This document shows positions 42,461 to 50,604 of a DNA stretch of 64,000 nt, in pieces (the first letter of the stretch is position 1; each line of letters opens with the position of its first letter). This DNA is from an uncultured Gemmatimonadales bacterium. Lineage in GTDB: Bacteria; Gemmatimonadota; Gemmatimonadetes; Longimicrobiales; RSA9. The stretch is from NCBI GenBank assembly GCA_963798855.1, contig CAWCUU010000001.1:629689-693688 (forward strand), written 5' to 3'. The translations under genes and the position numbers were made by a program. The notes below the pieces were generated by a model. It was not told the DNA's origin, searched no databases, and worked only from the letters and a program-made list of their open reading frames with translations.

Positions 42461-44176
42461 ATGTCGACCCGCCACTGCGCCGCCCTGCTGCTCCTGGCCG
42501 CCGGTGCCGTCCTGTTCGCCTGTGATCAGCCAGGACCTGCGGCCCCGCCCGCGGCGCCGGTTGCCCACCCCTCCGCCGAATTGATCGGCGACCTACCGGC
42601 GACCTGCGGATCGGAGACGTTCGATCTGATCGCCGACCGGAGTCTCGTGATCGGATCGGTCGAGGTCGCGAACGACGCGGACATGCTCTACGTCACGTTC
42701 GAGACGACCGGCGGCTGGGCGATGGCGAAGACGCACCTCGCCGTCGCCGAGGATCCGGACGATATCCCGAAGAAGGGCAAGCAGGTCGTGCCCGGCCACT
42801 TCCCGGACGGGGCGGAGCACGATCCGCCGGCCACGGTCGTGCATTACGCCGTGCCCTTTGCCGGCGGCACCGTGGTTGTCGCGGCCCACGCGGATGCGAT
42901 GAACGGGGACCGCACCGAGGGCGCGTGGATCGAGGGTCAGGAGATTCGCAGCGGCGGCAGCTGGGCCTCCTACGCGGAGTACCAGCCGGCGAGCTGCGGC
43001 TCCACCTCGGAGGAGGTGATCGGCGCCGACGGTGGCGCGCTCGTCGGCGACGGCGGGAATGTGACGCTCGATGTCCCGCAGGGCGCTCTCTCCGGTGACC
43101 AGACGCTGTCCGTTACACCGGTGCCGGCCAGCGAGCTTCCCGAGGGCGTGCTGGAGGGCACCGCCTACGAGTTCGGCCCGGACGGTCAGACATTCGACCA
43201 GCCGGTAATCCTCACGGTGAAGTACGACGATAACGGACTGACCCTCCAGGAGGAGCAGCAGTTGTCAATTCACCTGCTTCACGACGATGGCACGTGGTTC
43301 GCCGTTCCGAGCACGGTGGACACGGACATGAACGAGATCATCGCCGAGATCGAGCACTTCAGCGTGTACGCCGTCGTGCCGCGGCTCTTAGACGTCGAGA
43401 TCCGCATCGATCACCAGCCCGTCACCGAGGGCCAGCGGATCAAGTACACCGTCCTGTTCTGGAACCGCACAATGTCCGCGATCGACCCCAGTCAGATCGC
43501 CGCGCAGTTCCACCTCCAGGCCGACTTCAAGGACGCCACGCTCCAGTACGGCAGCGGGCTCTGTACGCTCTCGCAGACCGGCAGCGACCAGGAGTTCACC
43601 TGTACTGCGGGCTTTGCCTCGCAATCGTACCAGCCGGGCCAGGCCGCTGTCCTGCTCTTCTCCGGCATCCCCGCGTTGGGGAGCGCGCCCACGACGATCG
43701 AGGCGGAGGCCACGGCCACGTTCCGTGGGCGGAGCGCCACGACGCCGGTCTCGAGCACGGCCGTGCTCGTCGCTCCGATGGAGGCGGATCTGCGGCTGAC
43801 CCCACTTGTGACACCGGGCAGCACCGCCCTGGGTGCACCGTTGCAGCTGCAGTTTCAGGTCAGGAACGAGGGGCCACGCCCGATCGACGGCGCGACGCTG
43901 TCGCTGGAAATCGTCGGCGAGGTCGATCTCACGACGTTGCCGTCCGAGTGCACCGACGAGTCTGATCCCCTCGTCCCCGATATCTCTTACATCGAGTGCG
44001 ACATCCCAGTGCTCGACATCGAGGCGATGACGATTCTGAACTTGGTGATCACGCCCCTCATGGAGGGCGAGCTCCGGTGGTTCGCGACGGTCGAGGACAT
44101 CCTCCCGGCGACATTGAGCGATCCGAATCCGGGAAACAACGCAATCGAAGCCTTCACGATGGTGACGGCTCCTTAG
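42461..44176 (+). CDS. Surface/secreted lipoprotein with a ZU5-like segment and DUF11-type repeat domains
   Basis: GGAGG Shine-Dalgarno, then the ATG at 42461. Lipobox VLFACDQ. LDVPQGALSGDQTLSVTPV...YEFGPDGQTFDQPVILTV...HFSVYAVV (ZU5-like). Two Ig-like repeats resembling DUF11 (e.g. ADLRLTPLVTPGSTALGAPLQLQFQVRNEGPRPIDGATLSLEI). Confidence 0.6.
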   Translation: MSTRHCAALLLLAAGAVLFACDQPGPAAPPAAPVAHPSAELIGDLPATCGSETFDLIADRSLVIGSVEVANDADMLYVTFETTGGWAMAKTHLAVAEDPDDIPKKGKQVVPGHFPDGAEHDPPATVVHYAVPFAGGTVVVAAHADAMNGDRTEGAWIEGQEIRSGGSWASYAEYQPASCGSTSEEVIGADGGALVGDGGNVTLDVPQGALSGDQTLSVTPVPASELPEGVLEGTAYEFGPDGQTFDQPVILTVKYDDNGLTLQEEQQLSIHLLHDDGTWFAVPSTVDTDMNEIIAEIEHFSVYAVVPRLLDVEIRIDHQPVTEGQRIKYTVLFWNRTMSAIDPSQIAAQFHLQADFKDATLQYGSGLCTLSQTGSDQEFTCTAGFASQSYQPGQAAVLLFSGIPALGSAPTTIEAEATATFRGRSATTPVSSTAVLVAPMEADLRLTPLVTPGSTALGAPLQLQFQVRNEGPRPIDGATLSLEIVGEVDLTTLPSECTDESDPLVPDISYIECDIPVLDIEAMTILNLVITPLMEGELRWFATVEDILPATLSDPNPGNNAIEAFTMVTAP

Positions 44177-44395
44177 GAGCGGACCGGATCAGAGAGTCGG
44201 GGAGCTTTCGTAGCCACGACTCTCCAGGTCAGCTGCGATCCGTAGCGCGCTCTCTTGTCGCCCCGGCGCCGGGTATCGCTCCGGCGCCGGGGCACCTTCC
44301 CGGGTCCCCTTCGCCTCGCAGCCATCGGTCTTCCGCGGTCCCCGTTCCCGATCTACGTTTCGGCGGCTCGGTCAACGCCCGTCCTCCACCGATCG

Positions 44396-44635
44396 ATGGA
44401 CCTGCGCGAGGGGACCTGGCCGGCCGACTGGCCGTCAGATGCCTTCGTCGCGCTCGAGCAGACCGGCCGCCGCATCACGCTGCAGCCGAACAGCGCCCGG
44501 GTGGAGCTGCGTCGGCTGCACGAGCGACTCCCGGTCGTGCTGGACTGGCTCGCGGCGATGAAGGGCGATTCGACTTTGATCCAGCGGGCGCCCACGCACC
44601 TGGCTGGGGACCGGTCGGCGAGCCGTCGCCCCTGA
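44396..44635 (+). CDS. Hypothetical 79-aa protein (weak call)
   Basis: An ORF with moderate coding appearance (MDLREGTWPADWPSDAFVALEQTGRRITLQPNSARVELRRL...). No obvious Shine-Dalgarno and no recognised family. Confidence 0.25.
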   Translation: MDLREGTWPADWPSDAFVALEQTGRRITLQPNSARVELRRLHERLPVVLDWLAAMKGDSTLIQRAPTHLAGDRSASRRP

Positions 44636-44648
44636 GTCGAGACCCGCC

Positions 44649-44793
44649 GTCAGCGCCTGCGGTCAGCGCCTGTGGTCAGCGCCTTGCTTTCAGCGCCTGT
44701 AGTCAGCGCCTGCCTTCAGCGCCTGTAGTCAGCGCCTGCCTTCAGCGCCTGTAGTCAGCGCCTGCCTCTGGCGCCTCACTTCAGCGCCTGCTC
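44649..44793. repeat. ~11 tandem copies of a 13-bp unit (TCAGCGCCTGyrk); the last copy is the 3' end of the M28 peptidase CDS
   Basis: gtcagcgcctgcg gtcagcgcctgtg ... tcagcgcctgtag tcagcgcctgcct (x3) ... cacttcagcgcctgctcc. The final unit encodes ...EQALK-stop on the minus strand. Confidence 0.9.
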
Positions 44794-46923
44794 CAGCTGC
44801 TCCGCCGCCTTCGAGATCGCGTCCGCGTACCGGTTCAGCGCGGCCTCCACGCGCTTCGCCTCCGTGTTCGCGAGGGCCAGGTCGGGGCGATCCTCGATCG
44901 CCTCACGGATCCCCGGCATCGTCTTGACTCCGTATCCCGTGTAGAAGCCGGGCGCGTAGATCATGTGCCGGAACCACTGCCGGTGCCGCAGCCCCCCGTC
45001 GTCGGTCAGCGCCCGCTCCGTCAGGTAGAGGGTCTGGTTAACGTCGGACAGCTGCTTCCATTTCTTCTGCGCGTCCTGCGCACTCATCGCGGCGACCGGC
45101 GCGTACGCCTGTTCGTAGCGGTCCGCGGCGCTCTTCAGCCGATCCAGCGCCGAGTACACGCCCGACAGGTCGACGTCCTTTACGTCCGCCTTCTCGGCCG
45201 CCTCCTTCTTGATCTCGTCCGCGTACTTGCGGTACGTCTGCTCCGCCTGCGTGAACTCGAACGGCAGCACCGGCGCGTCCGCCAGTCGCAGCAGCGCCGT
45301 CGTCATCGTCTGCGCCTCGGCGACCTCGTACTCGAACGTGGGGTCGAGGAAGCGCGTGTAGAAGTCGTAGCTGTCATAGATGCTGTGGTAGATTCCGGAA
45401 TCCTGGCCCCCGCCGTACGACGCGTTCGCGCTCGCCAGGCCGAGGAAGTCGAGGTATGCCGTGTAGTCGGAGCCCGAGCCGAGCGCGCGGATCGTGTAGA
45501 CGGAGTCGCGATCGTGCTCCAGCCGCGCCTCGAGGACGCTCTTGCCGGTCTTCGGGTCCTTGATGTCACGCGCGAGCTGGTGGAAGAACTCCTGCAGCGA
45601 GTGCGAGCCAGAGACCCCGAGCCAGCCACGCGAGTTCGTGTCGCTGTTGAGGTAGACGGCGGCCTTCTGCTTCAACTCGTCCTGGTGTTTCTCGGCCCAT
45701 TCCGTCGAGCCGAGCAGCCCCCACTCCTCACCGTCCCAGGCGGCCAGGATGATCGTGCGGGCGGGGCGCCAGCCGTTCTTCAGCAGCGTTCCGAGCGACC
45801 GCGCGGTTTCGTCGAGGGCGACCTGTCCGGACAGCGGGTCCTCCGCGCCGTTGACCCACGCGTCGTGGTGATTTCCGTAGATGACCCACTGGTCCGGCGA
45901 CTTCGTACCCGGGATCCGTGCGAGGACGTCGTAGAGCGGCCGCTCCTGCCAATCGAACTTCAGTGCCAGGTGCACTTTCGTGCTGTCGCTGCCGCCGACG
46001 TGGTAGGTGATCGGCAGCCCGCCCTGCCAGCCACGCGGGGCGGTCTTGCCGCCGAGCGACTCGAGAAGCGGCTGGGCGTCCCCGTAGGAGATCGGCAGCA
46101 CCGGGATCTTCATGATCGTCGGTGCCGTGTCCACGGCCATCATCCGGCCCTGGCCCGGCTTCATTCCCGGCTCTGACGCGAAGCCGGGCGACAGCGGATC
46201 GCCGGGATAGGTCGGCATGTCCATCACGCTGCCGCGCTGGACCCCCTGCCACGGCCGCATCGGCCCCGTGGGGTAGGTGTCGTCGACGTGGTAGCCGTCG
46301 TCCTCCGGATCGGAGTATATGATGCACCCCACCGCGCCGTGTTCCGCCGCGACCTTCGGCTTGATGCCGCGCCACGAACGGCCGTACTTCGCGATGACGA
46401 TCTTTCCCTGGACGCTGACCCCGAGGCTGTCGAGCGTCTTGTAGTCCTCCGGGATCCCGTAATTCACGAACACCAGCGGCGCCGTCACGTCTCCGTCGGC
46501 CGAGTAGAAGTTGGCCGTCGGCAGCTGGTTCGCGTCCCCGCTGTCCTTGTCCTCCGGGATCGCAGGCTCCTTCAGCTGAGCCGTGAAGTGCTTCGGCGCC
46601 ACGAGCTCCAGGGTGCGCGAGATCGGCCTCGGCATGAGTGCCTCGAACTGCTCGATTTTCGCGTCGAGACCGAACGACTTGAAGCGCGCCAGAATCAGCT
46701 CGGCCACGTGCTTCGAGCGGTCGGTCCCAGCCTCGTGCGGATCCTCGCTCAGGATCCTCAGCTGCTCCCGCAGGGTGTCCGGCGAAGGCACTGCCCGCGC
46801 GCGTTCCTCGCGCTGCGCCTGCTCTCCCAGTGTGGCGGAAGGAAAGCCGCGGATCGGCTGCTGTGCACCGGTGGGCACGGCGCCGAGGAGTCCCAGCGCC
46901 AGCGCGAGGAGCCAACGTCTCAT
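44776..46923 (-). CDS. M28-family metallopeptidase with PA and transferrin-receptor-like dimerisation domains (glutamate carboxypeptidase II-like)
   Basis: Start at the ATG at 46923 (MRRWLLALALGLLGAVPTGAQQ signal). LSEDPHEAGTDRSKHVAELI, the PA-domain insert, YGNHHDAWVNGAEDPLSG, AWDGEEWGLLGSTEW, and the C-terminal helical domain. Confidence 0.88.
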   Translation of the reverse strand: MRRWLLALALGLLGAVPTGAQQPIRGFPSATLGEQAQREERARAVPSPDTLREQLRILSEDPHEAGTDRSKHVAELILARFKSFGLDAKIEQFEALMPRPISRTLELVAPKHFTAQLKEPAIPEDKDSGDANQLPTANFYSADGDVTAPLVFVNYGIPEDYKTLDSLGVSVQGKIVIAKYGRSWRGIKPKVAAEHGAVGCIIYSDPEDDGYHVDDTYPTGPMRPWQGVQRGSVMDMPTYPGDPLSPGFASEPGMKPGQGRMMAVDTAPTIMKIPVLPISYGDAQPLLESLGGKTAPRGWQGGLPITYHVGGSDSTKVHLALKFDWQERPLYDVLARIPGTKSPDQWVIYGNHHDAWVNGAEDPLSGQVALDETARSLGTLLKNGWRPARTIILAAWDGEEWGLLGSTEWAEKHQDELKQKAAVYLNSDTNSRGWLGVSGSHSLQEFFHQLARDIKDPKTGKSVLEARLEHDRDSVYTIRALGSGSDYTAYLDFLGLASANASYGGGQDSGIYHSIYDSYDFYTRFLDPTFEYEVAEAQTMTTALLRLADAPVLPFEFTQAEQTYRKYADEIKKEAAEKADVKDVDLSGVYSALDRLKSAADRYEQAYAPVAAMSAQDAQKKWKQLSDVNQTLYLTERALTDDGGLRHRQWFRHMIYAPGFYTGYGVKTMPGIREAIEDRPDLALANTEAKRVEAALNRYADAISKAAEQLEQALK

Positions 46924-47067
46924 GGCGATCGTCCGTGTCGGGGGTGCGAATCCAGCGGGGCGATTTCGGGACCGCCCCGCGGCCAGCGCAACGTGCGGGG
47001 AGGTTCGACGTGGCGTCAAGCGAGGTCATCCCCTTCGTCTGCCGACGACGCAGGTCGGCCTTCGAGA

Positions 47068-47122
47068 GTGGGGATGGGGAGATGACAGGAGATGCGGGTG
47101 ATGAGCCGGCGTCGAACCCGGC
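47068..47122. repeat. Second copy of the CAGGRGATG-type motif plus CCGGCGTCGAAsCCGGC hairpin (compare 27514-27566)
   Basis: GTGGGGATGGGGAGATGACAGGAGATGCGGGTGATGAGCCGGCGTCGAACCCGGC. About 33 of 38 nt identical to 27530-27566 over the shared block. Confidence 0.6.
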
Positions 47123-47161
47123 GTCAGGCGACCGCGCGACACTCAGCTCCCGCCAAATACC

Positions 47162-47190
47162 TTGACGCCCCGGCATTCTCTCACTACCCT
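47162..47190 (+). promoter_or_regulatory. Candidate sigma-70-type promoter of cspA (TTGACG-17 nt-TACCCT)
   Basis: The hexamers and a 17-nt spacer were read directly. This would give a ~110-nt leader, as is usual for cold-shock genes. Confidence 0.4.
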
Positions 47191-47257
47191 GTCGCGCCAG
47201 CGGTGCGGTATTGCAGGCGAGGAAATGTACGCCGTCTGAGACCGATGCAGGTCAGGA

Positions 47258-47287
47258 GGGACCTGAGCTACCGCTCGGGTTTTTTTT
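47258..47287 (+). promoter_or_regulatory. Terminator-like hairpin plus U8 tract inside the cspA leader (possible attenuator / RNA thermosensor)
   Basis: CCTGAGC-TACC-GCTCGGG (7-bp stem with one G-U pair) followed by TTTTTTTT, ending 21 nt before the cspA ATG. Confidence 0.45.
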
Positions 47288-47308
47288 GTCACCCAAGGGA
47301 GCACGAGC

Positions 47309-47518
47309 ATGCGCACCACCGGGACCGTGAAGTGGTTCAACGACGCGAAGGGCTTCGGCTTCATCACGCCCGACAACGGAGAAAAGGACTGCTTCGTCCA
47401 TCACACCGCCATCCAGGGTCAGGGCTTCAAGAGCCTCGCGGAAGGGGAGCGGGTCGAGTTCGAGATCGTACAGAACGCGAAGGGCCCCGCCGCGGCGAAC
47501 GTGGCCAAGGTCGGCTGA
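47309..47518 (+). CDS. cspA: Cold-shock protein (CspA family)
   Basis: [15 protein letters not shown] (RNP1) and DCFVHHTAI (RNP2). 69 aa. AAGGGAG Shine-Dalgarno. Confidence 0.97.
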   Translation: MRTTGTVKWFNDAKGFGFITPDNGEKDCFVHHTAIQGQGFKSLAEGERVEFEIVQNAKGPAAANVAKVG

Positions 47519-47545
47519 GCCGTCTCCGGTTTCGCTGGCAGCGAG

Positions 47546-47573
47546 CGGCCGCTCCCTTCAGGGGCGGCCGTTT
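47546..47573 (+). terminator. Rho-independent terminator after cspA
   Basis: CGGCCGC(T)CCC-TTCA-GGGGCGGCCG stem (10 bp with a one-nt bulge) followed by TTT. It sits between the convergent cspA and marC-like genes. Confidence 0.6.
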
Positions 47574-47575
47574 CC

Positions 47576-48211
47576 CTACCGCATCTGCCTGACCACCACC
47601 GTCACGCCGTCGATCACGAACTGCGTTCCGACCACCATGACCAGCAGGCCCATCAGGCGCGTCATCACGTTCAGTCCCGTCTGTCCGAATCGGCGCAGCA
47701 GCAGCGGCGCGGCGAACAGCACGGCTGCGCTCACGGCCATCACGGCCACGATGGAAGCGACGACGATCGCGCCACCGGCGAAGCCCGGCTGCTGGCCCAT
47801 CAGGGCGATTACGGTGGTGATCGCGCCGGGACCGGTCAGCGTGGGGAGGCCGAGCGGGATGATGCCGATGTCCTCCTTCTCGGCGCCTTCGACCTCCTCC
47901 TCCGGCGTGGTCTTCCCGCGCGACCGCTTCGCCTGCAGCATGTCCCAGCCGATGAAGAAGAAGAGGATGCCGCCCGTGATCTTGAAGGCGTGGGTCGTGA
48001 TGCCGAAGAAGCGCAAGATTCCGGTGCCCAGCGCGGCGAAGACGAACAGCACGATCGTCGCGGTGAGGACCGCGCGCTGGACGGTTCGCCGTCGCTGCCG
48101 GGGCGGGTAGCTCGCGGTCATCGCCAGGAACACGGGCACGGCGCTGAGCGGGTTCACGATAGCGAGCAGGGAGCTGAACGCGAGCAGCCCGAAGTTGGTG
48201 AGCTCGTTCAT
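47576..48211 (-). CDS. MarC-family (UPF0056) integral membrane protein
   Basis: FSSLLAIVNPLSAVPVFLAMT...GITTHAFKITGGILFFFIGWDML..., six TM helices, 211 aa. Confidence 0.85.
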   Translation of the reverse strand: MNELTNFGLLAFSSLLAIVNPLSAVPVFLAMTASYPPRQRRRTVQRAVLTATIVLFVFAALGTGILRFFGITTHAFKITGGILFFFIGWDMLQAKRSRGKTTPEEEVEGAEKEDIGIIPLGLPTLTGPGAITTVIALMGQQPGFAGGAIVVASIVAVMAVSAAVLFAAPLLLRRFGQTGLNVMTRLMGLLVMVVGTQFVIDGVTVVVRQMR

Positions 48212-48242
48212 CCGACGGCGCTCATTGGCTGGAGCAGGGCCG

Positions 48243-49877
48243 CTATCGGCGGTGGCGGAGCACGCGCCCGGGTCGCCCCCCCACGAAGCGACCCCCGTCC
48301 ACCTCGACCTCGCCGTTCACGATGACGTAGTCGATCCCGATGGGATACTGGTGCGGCTGTTCGAACGTGGCCATGTCCTTGACGGTGGCGGCGTCGAAGA
48401 TGACGATGTCGGCGTACGCCCCCTCCCGGAGGCGGCCCCGCTCCCCGAGGCCGAGCCGATCGGCGGGCATCGACGTCATCTTCCGGACCGCCTCCTCCAG
48501 CGTTAGCAGGCCCTTCTCCCGCACGTAGACGGCGAGCACGCGCGGGAACGTCCCGTACCAGCGGGGGTGCGGATGGCCCTCCCCCGGCCGCGTCAGGCGG
48601 CCGTCGGACGCGATCATCGTCTGCGGGTGCGTCATGATCCGCTCGACGTCGCCCTCGTCCAGCACATGATAGATCGCCGACGCGCCGCCCCGCCGCAGCG
48701 CCTCCACGACCAGCTCCGCTCCCACGCGCGGCGTCGGCTCGCGCCCCTCGCGGCGCGCCCAGTCTGCCAGCGTGCGGCCCTCAAGGCTGCGGTCCCATGG
48801 CACCAGCGCGAGCTGGACGCGCCCCAGGTCGCCGCCGCCGCGGTCGTTGAGGATGTTGAAGACGATGCCGTCGAGGATGCTGTCGCGCAGGGCGGCGCCC
48901 CGCATCCGGGCGAGGAAGGCGCTGTCGCCATCGGCCATCGCCCACGCCGGCACGAGGATGCCGATCCCGGTGTAGGTGGCCGTATACGGGTACTGGTCCA
49001 GCATCACGTCGGTGCCGGTGGCTCGTGCGGAATCCACCATCGCGAGCGTCCGCCGGCTGGCGCCCCACATCGGCCTTCCGACCACCTTGTGGTGCGTCAG
49101 CACGACCGGGATGCCCGTGCGCCGCCCGATCTCGAGCGCCTCGGCGACGCCATCGATCAGCCCGAGTCCCTCTTCGCGCAGGTGCGACGTGTAGATGCCG
49201 CCGGCGTCGGCGGCCACTTGGGCGAGCGCCACGATCTCGCCCGTTTCCGCGAAGGCGCCGGGCAGATACTTTAGGCCGGTCGAGAGGCCGAACGCGCCGT
49301 CCCGCATTGCCTCCCCGACCATGGCGCGCATTCGGTCCAGCTCCCGCTGCGTCGGTGCCCGGTCCGCCATGCCCATCACGCGCTCCCGGATCGTGTTGTG
49401 ACCGGTCAGGAAGGCGACGTTCATCCCGACGCCGGCAGTGGTGACCGAGTCGAGATAGGGACCGAGAGGGAAGGGCGAGCCGCCGTCCGGTCCGCCCAGC
49501 GCCGTGGTGACGCCCTGACGGACGTGGCTCTCCGCGTCCGGCAGCCGCAGCAGCGGGTCCAGGTGGGCGTGCAGGTCGATGAAGCCTGGAGCAACGATGC
49601 GCCCCGAGGCGTCGATGACCCGTTTGCCCGCGGCCGGCGGGATCGGGCTCCGCGAAATGGTGGCTATACGGTCTCCGACCAGCGCGACGTCCGCCCGGTA
49701 CGCCGGTGCGCCGCTTCCATCGACGACCCGCGCACCGACGATCACGACATCGTATGCGCTTCCGTCGGGGCCGGCGGAGCGGGGCGCCGGCGCGGATTGC
49801 GGCGCCGTCGAAGCGCAGCCGATGAGGAGCCAGACCGGCAGGAATCGCAGCAAAGGGGCACCGATGCGGAGCGTCAT
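48243..49877 (-). CDS. N-acyl-D-amino-acid deacylase (D-aminoacylase) family amidohydrolase, lipoprotein
   Basis: Start at the ATG at 49877 (MTLRIGAPLLRFLPVWLLIGCAS lipobox). YDVVIVGARVVDGSGAPAYRADVALVGDRIATI...VIDASGRIVAPGFIDLHAHLD. Typical family C-terminus (FDAATVKDMATFEQPHQYPIGIDYVIVNG). Confidence 0.85.
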   Translation of the reverse strand: MTLRIGAPLLRFLPVWLLIGCASTAPQSAPAPRSAGPDGSAYDVVIVGARVVDGSGAPAYRADVALVGDRIATISRSPIPPAAGKRVIDASGRIVAPGFIDLHAHLDPLLRLPDAESHVRQGVTTALGGPDGGSPFPLGPYLDSVTTAGVGMNVAFLTGHNTIRERVMGMADRAPTQRELDRMRAMVGEAMRDGAFGLSTGLKYLPGAFAETGEIVALAQVAADAGGIYTSHLREEGLGLIDGVAEALEIGRRTGIPVVLTHHKVVGRPMWGASRRTLAMVDSARATGTDVMLDQYPYTATYTGIGILVPAWAMADGDSAFLARMRGAALRDSILDGIVFNILNDRGGGDLGRVQLALVPWDRSLEGRTLADWARREGREPTPRVGAELVVEALRRGGASAIYHVLDEGDVERIMTHPQTMIASDGRLTRPGEGHPHPRWYGTFPRVLAVYVREKGLLTLEEAVRKMTSMPADRLGLGERGRLREGAYADIVIFDAATVKDMATFEQPHQYPIGIDYVIVNGEVEVDGGRFVGGRPGRVLRHRR

Positions 49878-49939
49878 GGGGGCGCAGGATAGGACCGCGC
49901 CTTCGCGGCGAGCAAGGCTCGCGCTGCAGGTGGAGTGGC

Positions 49940-50362
49940 TCAGGCCGCGCTGCGAGCCTGCGACGGGCCGGCCCCGCCGACCTCCACGCGAAGCTGCAGG
50001 TCGTGGTGGCATCCGGGGCAGGTCAGCGAATGGGGTCGGTTCAGGCGGGTCGGCTTCTCGATCTCCTGGCGCGCTCCGCACTTGGGACAGCTGCCCTCCA
50101 GGTGCAGCAGCGTGTACTCCTCGCGCGCCTTGCGCACCGAGAGCACGATTCCGGCGATGAACGCGGTGGCGGCCCACGGAATGTGGGGCGGGATGATCGC
50201 GACCACCGGCACCAGCGCCCAACACACCGCCAGGTACAGCAGGGCCCGGCTCGAGCGCCATCCGGGCGCTCGGTACGCTACCGCCACGTCCGCCGGCGTC
50301 GGCTCGAACCCGAACAGCTCGATCTTCGCCGGCACCTTTGCAGCCTGTCGCTCCTCTGCCAT
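49940..50362 (-). CDS. Membrane protein with two TM helices and a C-terminal zinc-ribbon (CPKC...CPGC), downstream of the ba3 oxidase genes
   Basis: GGAGGC Shine-Dalgarno directly before the ATG at 50362 (MAEERQAAKV...). LLYLAVCWALVPVVAIIPPHIPWAATAFIAGIVL. EGSCPKCGARQEI...LTCPGCHHDL. The rest of track ORF 49940..51961 is off-frame read-through of cbaA. Confidence 0.55.
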   Translation of the reverse strand: MAEERQAAKVPAKIELFGFEPTPADVAVAYRAPGWRSSRALLYLAVCWALVPVVAIIPPHIPWAATAFIAGIVLSVRKAREEYTLLHLEGSCPKCGARQEIEKPTRLNRPHSLTCPGCHHDLQLRVEVGGAGPSQARSAA

Positions 50363-50487
50363 GCCTCCGCCTGTCCTCCGGCCCTGCGCACCGCTCGCGC
50401 TCCCGATCGCAGCGGGAACTACTCCGCGCTCCCTACAACCGCAACCCTCGCGCCCCGGATGCGCTGCCGCCAGCGAAGCGGGTGCCT

Positions 50488-50603
50488 TAGCCTGATTGTG
50501 CGCAGCCTGACCAGCCTGATTAGCCTGACCAGCCTGATTAGCCTGATTAGCCTGACCAGCCTGATTAGCCTGATCAGCCTGATCAGCCTGATCAGCCTGA
50601 CTG
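50488..50603. repeat. ~12 tandem copies of a 9-bp unit (AGCCTGAYY) between cbaA and the zinc-ribbon gene
   Basis: ttagcctgattgtgcgc agcctgacc agcctgatt agcctgacc agcctgatt agcctgatt agcctgacc agcctgatt agcctgatc agcctgatc agcctgatc agcctgact. Confidence 0.9.
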
Positions 50604-50604
50604 C

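Noticed and set aside
44649-44793. The possibility that the short tandem repeats (44649-44793, 50488-50603, 7160-7380, 15130-15335) are CRISPR arrays.
   Set aside because: The units are 9-27 bp and directly abutting, with no unique spacers of ~30 bp. No cas genes are present in the window.
50363-50604. An N-terminal extension of the zinc-ribbon membrane protein through the 9-bp repeat, which would add QADQADQANQAG... repeats.
   Set aside because: No ATG/GTG/TTG in that frame lies between the cbaA stop and the repeat. A strong GGAGGC Shine-Dalgarno directly precedes the ATG at 50362.
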